From Octopus bimaculoides (lineage: Eukaryota), in the NCBI RefSeq assembly GCF_001194135.2, contig NC_068989.1, positions 89,561,246 through 89,625,245 on the forward strand: DNA of 64,000 bases. Direction: 5' to 3'. A program made the translations under genes and the position numbers. The notes beneath the pieces are model-generated. The model searched no databases, was not told where the DNA came from, and saw only the letters and a list, made by a program, of their open reading frames with translations. Of the stretch, positions 14,314-28,365 are shown one piece after another; the first letter of the stretch is position 1, and each line of letters opens with the position of its first letter.

Positions 14314-14909
14314 NNNNNNNNNNNNNNNNNNNNNNNNNNNNNNNNNNNNNNNNNNNNNNNNNNNNNNNNNNNNNNNNNNNNNNNNNNNNNNNNNNNNNNN
14401 NNNNNNNNNNNNNNNNNNNNNNNNNNNNNNNNNNNNNNNNNNNNNNNNNNNNNNNNNNNNNNNNNNNNNNNNNNNNNNNNNNNNNNNNNNNNNNNNNNNN
14501 NNNNNNNNNNNNNNNNNNNNNNNNNNNNNNNNNNNNNNNNNNNNNNNNNNNNNNNNNNNNNNNNNNNNNNNNNNNNNNNNNNNNNNNNNNNNNNNNNNNN
14601 NNNNNNNNNNNNNNNNNNNNNNNNNNNNNNNNNNNNNNNNNNNNNNNNNNNNNNNNNNNNNNNNNNNNNNNNNNNNNNNNNNNNNNNNNNNNNNNNNNNN
14701 NNNNNNNNNNNNNNNNNNNNNNNNNNNNNNNNNNNNNNNNNNNNNNNNNNNNNNNNNNNNNNNNNNNNNNNNNNNNNNNNNNNNNNNNNNNNNNNNNNNN
14801 NNNNNNNNNNNNNNNNNNNNNNNNNNNNNNNNNNNNNNNNNNNNNNNNNNNNNNNNNNNNNNNNNNNNNNNNNNNNNNNNNNNNNNNNNNNNNNNNNNNN
14901 NNNNNNNNN
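14314..14909. other. Assembly gap; others at 4541-4832, 10567-10760, 13594-13626, 28827-28836, 34293-34359, 45938-46655, 48536-48545
   Basis: Runs of N. Confidence 1.
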
Positions 14910-17900
14910 GACATTTCGAGAGAACATGAAATAATTCTTCTTTCGAACGGTTTAAATAAAGCTAAAAGTGTAAATTTGGGGGTTAAAGTTGATAGGAAAA
15001 GTTAAAGGCTGCTTTCGACTTTTTTTAACCGAATTTTTGCGCAGTATTATTTTGAGCTTTATTTGCTTCGAATTAAACCATTCCATAAACGGGGTATATA
15101 TCTGCAAATAAGAAAAGATTGAACAGACAGATGGTGACGGAAAATTTACAGACAAGTACTTTCCTCGCGCGCGTGTGTGTGTGTAATGAGGCATTTTCCC
15201 CTCCATATTTTTAAGAGGTCATGGGCCAACAGGTTTTTAGGATCTGACGATACGCCATAAAGCCGAACCCTTTATGGACGGGAAACATAAGGTAATCCCA
15301 TAAACTGGCCTTCCCCATTTTTAATATATGTAGGTGCAGGAGTGGCTGTGTGACACCTTGGGCAAGTGTCTTCTACTATATCCTCGGGCTGACCAAAGCC
15401 TCGTGAGTGGATTTGGTAGACGGAAACTGAAAGAAGCCCGTCCTGGTGCATTATCTCGTATAATTCATTTTCAAGGTAGTAGTAGGTTGTGATGAGAGAA
15501 ACCTGGTGCTCTTTCTAGCAGCTTAGAATGTCCTCATTAGGACATTTCGTACGGTGATGTCCAATGGTTCATGTTTGGGGCGAGTAATAATAATAATGAT
15601 GATGATAAAAACGATACGGAATCTATATGAATTTTCTTATGTACGATTGTCTTTCTGCTGTTGCTGGAAACACTCGCCTGGTAATGTTTTCTTTTATCGG
15701 ATAAGGAACAACACAAAAACAATTTCAATAGCGTTTTTTGCAAGTACAAACACACTGATGCACAGTGATATTAATGGTGTCTCGGAATATAGATGCAAGG
15801 CTACAGATTTTGGTGCTGAAGGTATAATCGATTAAATTGTTATCGATCGCAATACTTATTCATCCTCTCAGAAGAATGGAAGGTAAAGGGACGTAACTAA
15901 ATCTCGCAAGTCATCTTACTGTGTATCCCCTTCTGCCGCATCTATCCATTCCCTTTATTATTATTATTATTATTATCATTATTAATGATAATGTGTGTGT
16001 GTAATAGAGATCGTAGGTTTTGCGTGTGTGTATGTATGTATGTATATATATATATATATATAGTAAAGACCCCCCCCCCCTTCGGTCATTGCATCAAGAA
16101 AGTCTGGGCAAGGTTGTTTATGGAAGACCAGCAGTCGTCCATGCATATCAGCTTCCCCTCTACGCCACCGATGTCATTCAAGGGAAAGGCAAAGGGGCCG
16201 ATACATTTTGACACCAGTGACGTCACGACTCATTTCTACAGCTGAATGAACTAGAGCAACACGATATAAACTGTCTTGCTCAAGAACACAACACACAGCC
16301 CGGTGCGGAAATCGAACTCACTACCTCATGATCGTAAGCACGACTCTCTAACCACTGAGCCATATATATAATGTGCTCTAGCATGGAGTAGTGTTCAAAT
16401 AGAACAAGGAAAATTGGAGATTAATATTCCCAACGGTCACTATATTCTCCTTAGTTTTTATATGATCGTGTAAATTTACAGGAAAATCATAGTATTGTTG
16501 TTATCTTGTGGAACAACGAATTCACGAATGCAGCGACAGCTAATAAAATTACTGATAGGAAATCCCAATAAAATAATACTTATGCAGAAGTGAAGACGGT
16601 ACGCTATACGTCAAGATCGTCGCTGGTATCGTTACTATGTGCTTTCTCGTATAGAATAGATTATTACTTCTTTTTTTTTATCTTTCGTTCATTGACTGTA
16701 TCCATACTGAGACACCGCCGTGAAGGGTTAAGTCGAATGAATCGACCCCAATATTTAAGCCTGGTCCTTATTCTATCAGACTGTTTTGCCGAACCACTAA
16801 GTTACAGAGATGTACACATGTCAAGTGGTGATAGGGATAAATATAACACGGTGTTATACACGCATACATTGTGTGTTTCAGTTTCCGCCTACCAAATCCA
16901 CTTATTGGATTTTGGCCGCGCCGGGGTTTACTCGAAGATACTTGCCAAAGGTGCCACGCAGTGGGACTGAACCCAAAACGACATGGTTGAGAAGCAAGGT
17001 TCTCAACCATGCCTGCACCTCTAAAAACATCTATGTGTATTGAGTGTGTGAAAAACCCTCCATGCGTATTTTCTCTCAGCCATGTTGTGCGTTTAGAGAG
17101 ATGTGTCTATCTTCGTTGCTATTGTCACATGCCATTCAAACTGATGCTAAATTCGATAATGATGCCCTCCTACCCTCTCTTCTCCTTTTCATTACTCTAG
17201 ATACGTTGCTATTTTGTATATTTACAAACCCACAAAATTAATACGAATAACTGTTGTGTGAACAAATATGCTGCTTTAACTCTGTAACTGCATGCTCCTC
17301 CTGTGCACGTTCTCTCTCTTTCTCTCACCTCCCTTTCTCTATCATCTCTCTCCTCCTCTTTCTGTTTCTCTCTCTCCCCGTCCTCATACCCATTTATTGC
17401 TTCTATCTTCTTTCTTTCTCTCTCTCTCTCTCTCTCTCTGTATAAATATATACGATCGTGTATAGACTAAATACACTTTCTTTCTGTGTGTGTGTGTATA
17501 TGTAATAATATTCATCATACGTCGTGTGCCATGCTATCGCTGCTTCTTACAGAGAGAACACTGAATCACTTGTATCGTCATGCAGTGATAGATTATTGTA
17601 TTTCATTGCAACAGTCGACCCCCGCTCTCAGTTACAATGTTGTGTGTGACACACAAAAACAAAAATTCTTTTTCTCTCTCCTTTTTTCAATAATCAACAA
17701 AACCAAAATTACGCTTCTTTATATTCTTCCGCAAAAATTCATGTTATCCAAACATCTAGACTTGGGCGATACAGCAACGCCAAATAATAATTTTTCTCTC
17801 TCCAAATTTTAAATAATAATTGATTTCTAACAGGTAAACTAGTGTGTGTGACTAGATCAACAATAATTGCGCCAAATATGTGCATTTAATGCACAATTCG

Positions 17901-19379
17901 TCATATTAGCCATTATTCCGTTAGCTTCTGTTTATTTCCTGTCACTATTTCGGGAATGTATTTAAATGTCATTTTATTAGAGATTATTTATTTATACTTC
18001 ATCGTTCAGAATCGTTAAAATAAAGTATAATAGAAATACTAAGAGTTCATTCTACTGTATCTTCTCCACATTGTGTAGAATATTCGTTGAAAGTTATTCC
18101 AACTCAACGCCACCCGCTTTTCATTTAATGGGTAGGGTGTTTGGGCGATGATGTTTCGCCGGTGTTTTATACTCGTTAAAACATCAGACGAAATACCTGG
18201 TGGTATTTTAGTTATTTCAGCTCTATGTTGCCACTTCAAATTCCACCGAGGTCAAGCCTTTGCCTTTCACCCTTTCAAGTTCGATAAAATAAAACACCAT
18301 TTGTGCATTGGTCGATATATAATCGACTAACCTCTCTCCTACAATTTCAGGCGTTGTCTGTACTTTAGAAACAATTATTATTATGGATGGTCGTAAAATC
18401 GTTAGCATGCCGGACAAGGTGCTTTGCGACATTTCTTCCGTCTTTCTTCTGAGTTCAAATTCCTCCGAGGTCGCCTTTGCCTTTCATCCTTTCGGTGTCA
18501 ATAAAATAAATACCAGTTAAACACTAAGGTCGATGTAATCAACTTGTCTCCTCCCTCGAAATTGCTGGCCTTGTGTTAAAATTTGAAATCGTTATTATTA
18601 TTCTGAATGGCAAGGCGGCGAGCTCACAAAATCGTTAGATCGCCGGACAAAATGTTTAGTAGCATTTTTTCCGGTTCTTTACGTTCGGAGTTCAAATTCA
18701 GCCGACTTCACTCTGTCTTTCATTCCCACAAGACCTTATGCCTAAAACATGATTATTTGCAGACAAAACACGTTGTATTCCTTTACGTTCGGAGTTCAAA
18801 TCTAGCTAGAATTGAATTTGTTTTTGTTTTTTTGTTGTTTTTTTTACACCGCCAATAAAATATGTACCAGTCCTTGAATGGTATCGATCCATTTGCTTTT
18901 TGAAATTTGTGCTCGTTGAGTCAGAGAGAAAACTATTCGATCATTCGATTTGCTAGAAAACAACAGCCACACTTCCTTCTTAATAAAAAAATATATACTA
19001 TACTGGATAAACCAAGGTTTTGGTGATTTTGTTTATCGTAAAGGAATCCGAGATGGTCACGGTTTGAAAGTCAGTCGAATGACAACAAATGGTGTTAGCA
19101 AAAATGTAGCAACGACGCAGTATCGATTAGATAATATCTAGTATCAATTTTATCTCACGACGTTCTGAGTTCAAATCCCGCCGAGTTCGACTTCAATATT
19201 CATTTTTTTTTTCCAGTGTTGGTCCTTTTTAGCTTCCAGTCGTGACCATTCCATCATTTCATATATCTCGGATTACATTAATTAATGCGGTCTTTTTTAA
19301 CAGTTCTGGTTTGAGAGAATTTTGCTGCTGTTTTCAGCAGGTCTTGTGACTGCTTAGGAGATCGTTGCTTGGCCCGATT

Positions 19380-20083
19380 CGCCTGCAAGTTTGATAGATT
19401 ATGATTCCGTCCTCTAAACAGCGGCGGTCGTCTGCAATCTAAGAACTGTCAAATCTCAAAAAGGCGTTATATATCGGTACAGCGGCGGATAAAATGTCTT
19501 GAGGCATTTAGCTACGTTTCTTTGCGTTCTAGACCTTGTGTCTATAGTTAAAAAAAAAAAAAGATTATTATTATAGCATCCAAAAGCAGTTGGTCATTCC
19601 CAGGCGTCTCAACCATGACCACTTCATCAGTCATTTCATTTATTTACCAATGTTTCATGGGCTACATCTTCCAATGGAGCCTTCATTTCTGAAGCCGGTA
19701 TTCTGTCATTTTGGGGATTTTTACCTGCTATTTCTAGCGACTGCGTTTCGCATCTCTTTCGTTGCCTCGACTACTACAAACCAGTGTATGATGGGGGTGG
19801 GGGTGGTTGAGGTAAACACCAGGAAGCGGAAAGAAGTTGTTTCCCTTTGCTCGTCGTTTTCTGTGCTCTTCTCTGTTGTGAGGAAGTCCTTGACATTCGG
19901 CTTATCAACCACCTCCTCCTCCTTCCCTAAAATAAAGACCCCCAAACCGGGCCATGGTTAAGGGCTCCGGTGGTAGCGAGATCGACTGTTGTCATTGTGG
20001 CCGCATCGTTTCTTAATGAAATATTTCGCAATCGTTGGACAGGTACGCAGTAATGGATGGATTCTTGCCGCATTCAACTCTAG
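19380..20083 (+). promoter_or_regulatory. CpG-rich candidate promoter/first exon, possibly of MSL1
   Basis: CpG-rich, mostly non-repetitive stretch ending in candidate donors cag|gtacgc (20042) and tag|gtttgt (20083), followed by a G/T-skewed, repeat-poor intron-like block (~21.2-23.3 kb). Confidence 0.4.
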
Positions 20084-20323
20084 GTTTGTGTACGTACGTG
20101 AGTGAGTGTGTGTGTGTGTATGTATGTGTGTTTATTATTTCCTTATCTGGTTGTCTATATACACACTTCACTTTGCTGTATGTATACAAGCCATCAGAGA
20201 ATGTTTATTTACTATATTTTATAAAAGTCCACTTAGAACCGATTCTTCTACCATACAAAACTATATTATTTTTTCTTTCTCTCTTTCATGAAAAATTTGG
20301 CCTCTGTGGTATAATGTAATGTA

Positions 20324-20354
<31 letters not shown>

Positions 20355-20424
20355 ATGTGTCTAGGGATCAGTTAAATCGATTACAATCGTACTAGCAATC
20401 TCTTAATGTGTGCCGCGTACGCAG

Positions 20425-20460
<36 letters not shown>

Positions 20461-23400
20461 GAGCGGTAATAACCCAGTCTTGTATTAGCAAAGATTTAGC
20501 TACTATTAAATGCTTCGTATTACCGTACTCTTTGTATTAAGTGCCATTTTTCTCATCTATGTAACTAATAACGTGCATTCAGTTTTATATTTTGTGTGTA
20601 TTTGTATTCATAACTCGGTATAATCTAAATTGGAATTAATAAAGAATATCTGTAATTTGTGTGTGTGTGCATAGATTGTGCAATGTTTTTGGTGTTCAGA
20701 GCAGTCTTGTGCAAGTTCTTTGAAAACATACGGCACTGAATGCAAGTGGTGAGTCTGCTTTTTTTCTTTCCTAGTGTTTGTACTCTTTATTTACATCTTG
20801 TCTTGTGCCCCCTATCACCACAAAACCGTATGAAACGAGAAAAACATTAAACCGCAAAGACTGTTTAACACACACACGCATATATGAAATAACCTGTTTT
20901 ATTGACAGAAAGGGACATAAACGTAAATTACACCGGTTGTTCCACCATCTTCACATACATACATACACACAAACGTTTTCCCGTCTACCAAATTCCACTC
21001 ATAAGGTATTTATTGGTTGAATCGAGGCTTTGTGGAAGGCACTTGACCAAGGTGTCGCACAGTGGGAGTCGCGTAACTGTGAAGCGAACTTCTCAACTGC
21101 ACAGCTATGTCTGCAGTTGTCACACACGCATACGTTTTTGCAACCTCACACACACTGGATAAACAGAGTAGTTTATTTGAAAGTGTAAAATCTGTATATA
21201 CAGGTTTAAGTAGGGCTAAAAGAGAAGGATGGAAGTTATTGGTGGGGTAGGTGAATTTAGGATGTGTTGAATTAATCGTGTCAAGTTTGTGGGGTGGGAC
21301 GACGAAAATATCGATAGAAAGGCGGGGAATGTTCTAACGATTATAATAAAAAATATATATACTTAAAAACAGTTGCTGGAAATATACTGTTCTCCGTGGT
21401 TTTTGCTATAGTAATGTTGTACCAATGTTAATTTTTACCGTTTTAGTAGTATATAACGTTGTATTGTAAATTTATTATTGAATCACTTAAAACAACAGCG
21501 AGTATCCTATTCCAGTATGTTTGGTTATAATGTAAAAAAATATATATAACAGTTTTCATTGGGATATCACCATGAATTTAAATAGATGTTGCATTTTATA
21601 TTATATATTTATATGCGAGTAAAAAGACGTTTGTAATTATTGCAAATGATTGTTTGGAATTAAAGAAAGTATATAATAAATTTAACGCTTAACGTGAAAG
21701 ACAATTGAGGGCATTTGTATAGAAAAGGATTGAATTGTATGGTTTATAAGATAAGGTAAAGTGAACTTATCGTTACTTGATTAATTGCGGGGTAAGGTAT
21801 ATAAATAGACTGAGACGCGGAAATTAAGTGGGTCTATGTTAGAAATTTATTTACTGATAAAATTTTGTTTTGTCTGGGGTAAAAAAAAAAAGGTTCAAAT
21901 AAATATTTAGGTCGCTGCCGCTGGCTATGATATTTTTTACGATAAAATCTTAAGTACACAAAAATACAAGTGGAAATGTTTTCAAAAAAAGAAAAGTGTT
22001 CTCTAGAAATATTGGTTTTCAATTTTGACGCAAGGCCAGCAATTTAGTGGGAAGCGGGTGAGTCGATTGCGTCGACCCCACTGCTCAGCTAGTTCTTATT
22101 ATATTCGACTCTGGAAGGCAATGTCGACGTCGGCGGAATTTGAACTCAGATCGTAATGACGAACGAAATGCCGCCAAGCGTTTTTCCCGGTGTGCTAACG
22201 ATTCTGCCAGCTCGGTAGAAATATTAGAACAATAATTTTAGTGATATTATCGTATGTTTCCAATATGTTTTGTATGGAAGTGCAAAGGTATATTAAAAAT
22301 TTTGTATGTTCTTTTTCTAGTAATGTTAAAACTTATCATTATTATTTGTAGATATATCGTGTTATCTAATTGATTTGTTCAAATTTTCTTGCTGTGTGTG
22401 TATTTGGCAAAATATTACCTCTTTAAACAGATAAATGGTTTCAAATAGTTCAATATTCTAAAAAAAATTCTTTGCATGATAAAACTAATTTTGATTGGTG
22501 ATAAGTGGTTGGAAATTGGGAAACAGAATTTCAGTTGATTCTGAGGTGCAAGGCCGACAGTAATTTTTATTGGTTTTGAAGGAAACGGTATTTTATATCG
22601 AACTAGGTGTTTGGCGATTTTAAAAATATTTTTGATTCCACCGCGACATATCTATTTGTTTGTTTATCTTCTGAATTCTAAAAAAAAATTGATAGCTTTA
22701 AATGAATTGATTCACGATGTAAATTTAGAATTAATGTTGACAGTAACACAATAGACCAGTTCCCTGGCTTTGCAATTGTCTTATAGAAAGCAATTATTGG
22801 TGTGTTTGGGTTTGGAAGGCAGTTTTCAATTTATACATTGATAATATTCGTGCATAATTCTGTGAGTTCTAACATTTTGGTTGAAAAGCTTAAGGTATTT
22901 GCCATTAGGGATGAAATGCTTATGGGGTAGTTTGGAAAAAAAAGTTTAGCTACGAATGTTGGTACTTGTGAATTTTGGGCGGATTATACCAAAATATCGG
23001 TATTTGTTTCACGTTTGAAAGGCATCGAAGCTGTATTTATTGTATTTCACTTTTCTATGTATCTGCTTCGGCTACATTGTTCATTATAATAATTGGCTGA
23101 ATTATTGAAGATTTCATTCCTGGAGAATAAATTTTTTTTAAATCCCTCTTGACTATAAAATTCTTAATTCTTTGAGCGGTTAGGGTTATGAAGTCATCGT
23201 AGTTTTTCGTTTACTTATTTCATGTAGTTCATATTGAGAGCTTTTGTGGTTAAAGGAAACGCCTGGGGAAAATAACTCTTTTGTAATTGAAACACCTAAA
23301 ACTTAGAAGAAATAATGAAATGTTCATATGAAATCCATTAGGAGTTTGTGGATTAAAATTGCAGATAAAGTATTTGGGTCACCTCCGTTTTCGAATATGG

Positions 23401-23474
23401 AAAATCTACTTACTCGTTGCTTTCAGCCCATAGTTGCTCTAGACACACACACTCTCTCTCTCTCCCTCCCACTC

Positions 23475-23512
<38 letters not shown>

Positions 23513-26500
23513 TTATTATTTATTGTGTGTGTATGCATTGAAAGCTGAAGCTTGCTCACTCGTTATTTCCAAATGATTGCCCATTTTCTATATATTTTAT
23601 CTTTAACTTGTTTCACTCATTAGACTGCGGCCATGTTGGGGCACCGCCCTGAAGAATTTTAGTCGAACGAATCAACCCCAGGATTTATTTTCTTGAAGTC
23701 TGATACTGATTCTATTGATGTCTTTTGCTGAACTGCCAAGTTACAGGGACGCAAACACACTACCACCGGTTGTCAAGCGGTGATTGGGGACAGGCTTCGA
23801 CTGACCTTTTTCGGTTTCCCAAATCCACTCACAAGGCTCGTGGCTATAGTAGAAGACACTTGCATAAGGTACCACCCACTGGGACTGAACCCGGAATCAT
23901 GTGGTTGGGAAACAAACCTCTTACAACACAGTCGCGCCTGCGCCTATGTATCCCATCTAATTCCTTAACTTGTTCCTGGGTCTCTTCTTTGTGGTGGGGA
24001 GACCTCACACTCGACACATTAAATACGCTGCCTGTCTAACACTTAATAAGCAATCTGGTTAAACTGGTGTTAGTTACTATTGATAAAGATTTATATACAA
24101 TGAGTTCGTGTGTCGTGGGAGAGAAGGGCTAGGTTGCTTTTTTAAGAAAATATTTTAGTAACACGGAGAAACGTTTTAGAAATAAATTGAAAAATCGAAA
24201 CGGAATCGGCGAAAAGTACTTAATTCGTGCTTATATACTGTTGTGTAACTGCTATAAGAGCGTATATATGTTGATTTTTTTTTTTCTCTTTTGTATTTCA
24301 ATAGCCTGCTACAATAGAAAATAACAAAAGGTTTTTCAACCGTCACTATCCATTCAATATGTATTTATGCACATCCATACATTTTGTATTGAACTTTTTC
24401 GGTTTATTGTTTTATGTAAAGATGTTACTTGTTATAGTGATATATCTACATTTTGTTCATATATTTTGGACAATGTGTTGACTGGATGATCATAGTTTGT
24501 GTCATTTGTGTAAATAAAGCAAGTAAAACTGTGAGTAGATGTTCTTGTAGCAGTATATACGGTTACATGGCAGCGTATCAACAAAATCTAAGTACATTTC
24601 GTCCTTTCCGCTTCGGATTTTCATTTCACTGCTGAATGATTTCGACAGGTTACTAATAATTATAGGGCTGTCTTTTTGTCTGAGGTAGCTGACTCCCCAC
24701 CAGCTGCTTTAAGTAAGGTGGCAAGGGTTCGATCTTGATGATCATATTTCCAAAATACTATGTTGATGACATTTTGTCCCAGACGATAACTAGATTCGTG
24801 AACAGTCAGTTTATATATATTTTTTTTTCTCCAAGTGACTACTTCTCTCAAATGTACGTCTGTCGTATGTGATGGACGTTGAGTTGAAAGTCTCTCACGC
24901 ACTCACTCACACACACACCTTATTCACTGCGGTCCACGTATATTGTAGTAATTGTATGTGCACCACACAACAACAGTGATGCTCGCGCGCGCACATTCTC
25001 TCTCTTTCTCTCTCTCTCTCACACACACACCTACACACACAATGCGGTTCCCACATCAGTATTGTTCATAGTTAAATTAATGTTAGACAGAAGGTTGTGA
25101 TGTGCACACAACAATAAGTAGAATTATATGACTACGGCATAACGGTGGCTCGGCTAAGTTAAATTACATACGGGCACAGACGAAAATATCAGGCATTTAA
25201 TATATACATTAATTAATATTTAATGTATCAATAATATATAAGAAATCAATAGTTTTATTTTTCATTAATTAGAAAGACAGTTTTTTTTGTTTTTTTTTTA
25301 AGTTTATAGTAGCTAAAAGACTCTAGTTAGTCAAATAAATTTCTAAATTGGTGTCCGTTTAAGGAGAATTGGCATTCACATGTTCCGAAGGTTGTTTTAT
25401 TTCATTTTATTTATTTTTATCTTCTTGAAATCTCAGAATTTCTTGCCTATAGAGTATAATTACGATTCCGTACATACACGAGATCAAGAAATATTTGTGA
25501 GAAAAAATAAGTCATATTTAACTGGTACTTTATTTTACGGATTGCAGGACAAGAAGTTAAACTTGACCACGACAGATTTGAACTCGGAACGCAAGAGTCG
25601 GAAGGTGTTTTTATCCAACTCTATGCTTATCCATGGAGTTTAACAATCTTTTTCTACTATCGACATAAGTCCTGGAATTTTAGGGGAAGGAGTGTCAGTT
25701 AGTTGAAAAGTAAAGTCGACCTAGGCGGGATTTGAACCCGGAAGAAATGTCGCTCAGAATTTTGGCCGATTCTGCCATCTCGCCTCCCTCGGAGTGTTGA
25801 ACTGTTTTAATGAGAAAAATGATCGGCGTTATTTATTTACTATTTTTTTTATTATTGTGGGTTTGAATTTAAATTTATTTTTTGACTTACATTGTGTTAA
25901 CCCGTACTTATATAAACCAGTGTCTTAGCTTATAAACCGGTTTTTTTAGGGTTCCAGGTCAGCTCTAATTGAGCAGGTCTTGTAATCCAAGCACCTTCGC
26001 CTCGTCTACATTCCCGCTGTGTAATGTCTCATTCCAATTTTTAGACGGTGAAGCAGGAGGGGAGAATTAAAGGAATTTGTTTTTGTTTTTTGTGGCTGGG
26101 CAAGCTACTGCATACTCATAGACTCGTGTTTGCCACTTGGTTAAGGATTGACCCTTTGTCTCCCGCGTGACAAGCGGGAGAACTTACCACCAAACCATTT
26201 CTGAATGCTTGTGTATATCTTTTGTCGTGCACTTGCTAATGTCATCTAAGGACCAGCTATTTTGCATTCCTTGTATTTTTGGCAGCGTTCATTGTTTCTC
26301 ACATTCGGAACAGGTCTCTTTTTGGTGGGGATGGGGGATATCTTCCCTACCTGCCTTCCCTTCTGGTTAAACAATAGAGGGGGGGAAGCATCTTTTAACG
26401 GTTTATGTACAGCCACATTTTCTATGTTCATTTCTTTTTAAGACGGCAAAGTGTCGTTTGAGGAGATTTGGCTGTTGTTTCTAGCAAGTCGAGTGAGTGA

Positions 26501-27270
26501 CCACATAATTTGTACTGGTTTGGAATCTCCCTTAACCGATCGTTTAATATAGTTTTAATCAACTAGATTTCACTTATCATTTTCATGAATTTAGTATTAG
26601 TGTGTGTGTGTTAAATTCGTATTATTTTAACGTAATAGCAACTGTGTATTTACTGTTGGTATGATTCATTACTGACAGTAAAGTCAAACTAGGTTTCGCC
26701 TGACGGTTTGTTCAACCATTTCAGTAAATAGTTAAGCGAAAGTCCCAGTCGACTTGTTTTCTCTCTCTCTCTCCACCACCCCTCCTCCACACATTATATA
26801 TTAACATTTATTACTCATGCTGTTTATCGATTTGATCGATTATATTCCGGTAAATGTGTGCCATTGTGGGGTTAACGGCAAAGTTGCTAGTGTAACGCAT
26901 GAAATACCGAGCTTCTGTTTAATTATTTTCTACGTTCAAACCCCATCAGAGTTGTTTAAAAAAAAAACGAGAATGCATAGGGTCGATTAAATTCATTCTA
27001 ACCCTCCCCTCTTCAAAATATGTGGCCTTGTGATAGTATTAGAAATGAATTATTATAAGGCACTGAATGCCAGTTGAGCATTGGGATCGATGTCATCGAT
27101 TTATTTCCCCTCCCCCGAAACTGCTGGCCTTGTGTCAAAATTTGAAACCAATATTGTTATAATAAATGCCTTGCTTCAGTGTAAACAGCTTGCGAACGTT
27201 AACTGCAAATGAGACGTTTACAGTCTGGCAATAATAACCCTTGTCACGAAACAATTATACCTCTCTTTCT

Positions 27271-27314
<44 letters not shown>

Positions 27315-28204
27315 TGCATATCGTTGCTATTATGCAAAAGTGTCGCAAGTCCAAAACGTTGCTTTTTCAGAAAACGAAACAATAGTTTCACCATTCCATT
27401 CATTTTTACATTAGCAACAGTTTCAGCCTAACAATAATGATACTTTGTTGGGTGCATAAAATCGTAACTCCATGCATGTAGGATATTTTCCAGTCAGAAA
27501 TATTTTTGCAAAACTATCGTATATACTATCACTATACTTTTGAAAAATGCTAAACCTTTGTACTACACTTTGACAATTTTCATCTGAAGCAGCTGGAGAT
27601 ACGATAGTTTGACCAAAATAACCGGCTATTGCAAGCAAAATTAAATATTGAATAAAAAAAAAAACGCATTTGGCCAAATGTGGACATACAACAGTTTAAC
27701 ATAATAGCAACTGTATATATATATGTGTGTGTATACACACACACGCCTTTATTTACGAATTTAGCTTATAATTTTCTTCGCTAATTTTATTATACTTTGG
27801 CAGAAAGTTAGTTGAGATTCTTTTTTTTTTTTTTATAAAGCCTTCTCTATCTCTGTCATCTCTTCTTCCGATCTCTCTCTCTTCTATCGACGGCATTGTG
27901 AAGTTAATAATCATTAAAACTGTAAGCAGAATTAATAAGAGCCGTGAATCATTTGAGCGATGACAGATCCATCATATTGCAGTGTTTAGTTATCTCCCTT
28001 TACTTTCTGAGTTTTTAAATCCCGCCGAAGTTGAACTTCGCCTTTCAAGACTTCAATCTCGTTAAAGTAAAGTACCAGAATATCCATATTATCAATCGTT
28101 CCTTTTTTGTGCCCGCTCCCCAAACTATCTGGCCCTGTCCCTATATTAGAAAATATATACATATTTTTTTTATTTTTAAATTGTTATTTTTCTTTGTTTT
28201 GCAG

Positions 28205-28365
28205 TTAAAATGCCGCATAGATCGCATGGAGCGCCGTTTGTCTATTCTGAAGCAGAAAGACGAGCCAATGAACTCCTCCTATCATATGTCAAAGACCCAG
28301 GCTAGCAATGAAAGCACCGGTGACAGGGGCAGTAAGAAGATTGCCTTTCTAAAACGTAGAGAAAG
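28205..28365 (+). CDS. MSL1: MSL1 coding exon A (LKCRIDRMERRLSILKQK...RRER), second half of the coiled coil
   Basis: Acceptor ttttgcag|TTA and donor GAAAG|gtaag; phase 0 in, phase 2 out. Peptide resembles the MSL1 coiled-coil motif LLARIERMERR (recognised from memory, not searched). Confidence 0.9.

Noticed and set aside
15474-15500. let-7-like string aggtagtagtaggttgtga; also tgaggtag at 24681
   Set aside because: Mismatched to mature let-7 and no complementary star arm nearby.
19590-19961. Overlapping ORFs on both strands (123 aa +, 74 aa -)
   Set aside because: They start with non-ATG codons inside repeat-derived sequence and show no recognisable motif; better explained as promoter/UTR.
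24730-24830. Possible C/D-box snoRNA (two TGATGA boxes)
   Set aside because: No CTGA D box at a suitable distance downstream and no terminal stem.
24660-24902. Minus-strand ORF (…YRLGQNVINIVFWKYDHQ…)
   Set aside because: No polypyrimidine acceptor, and the phase does not match the 27444-27625 candidate exon.
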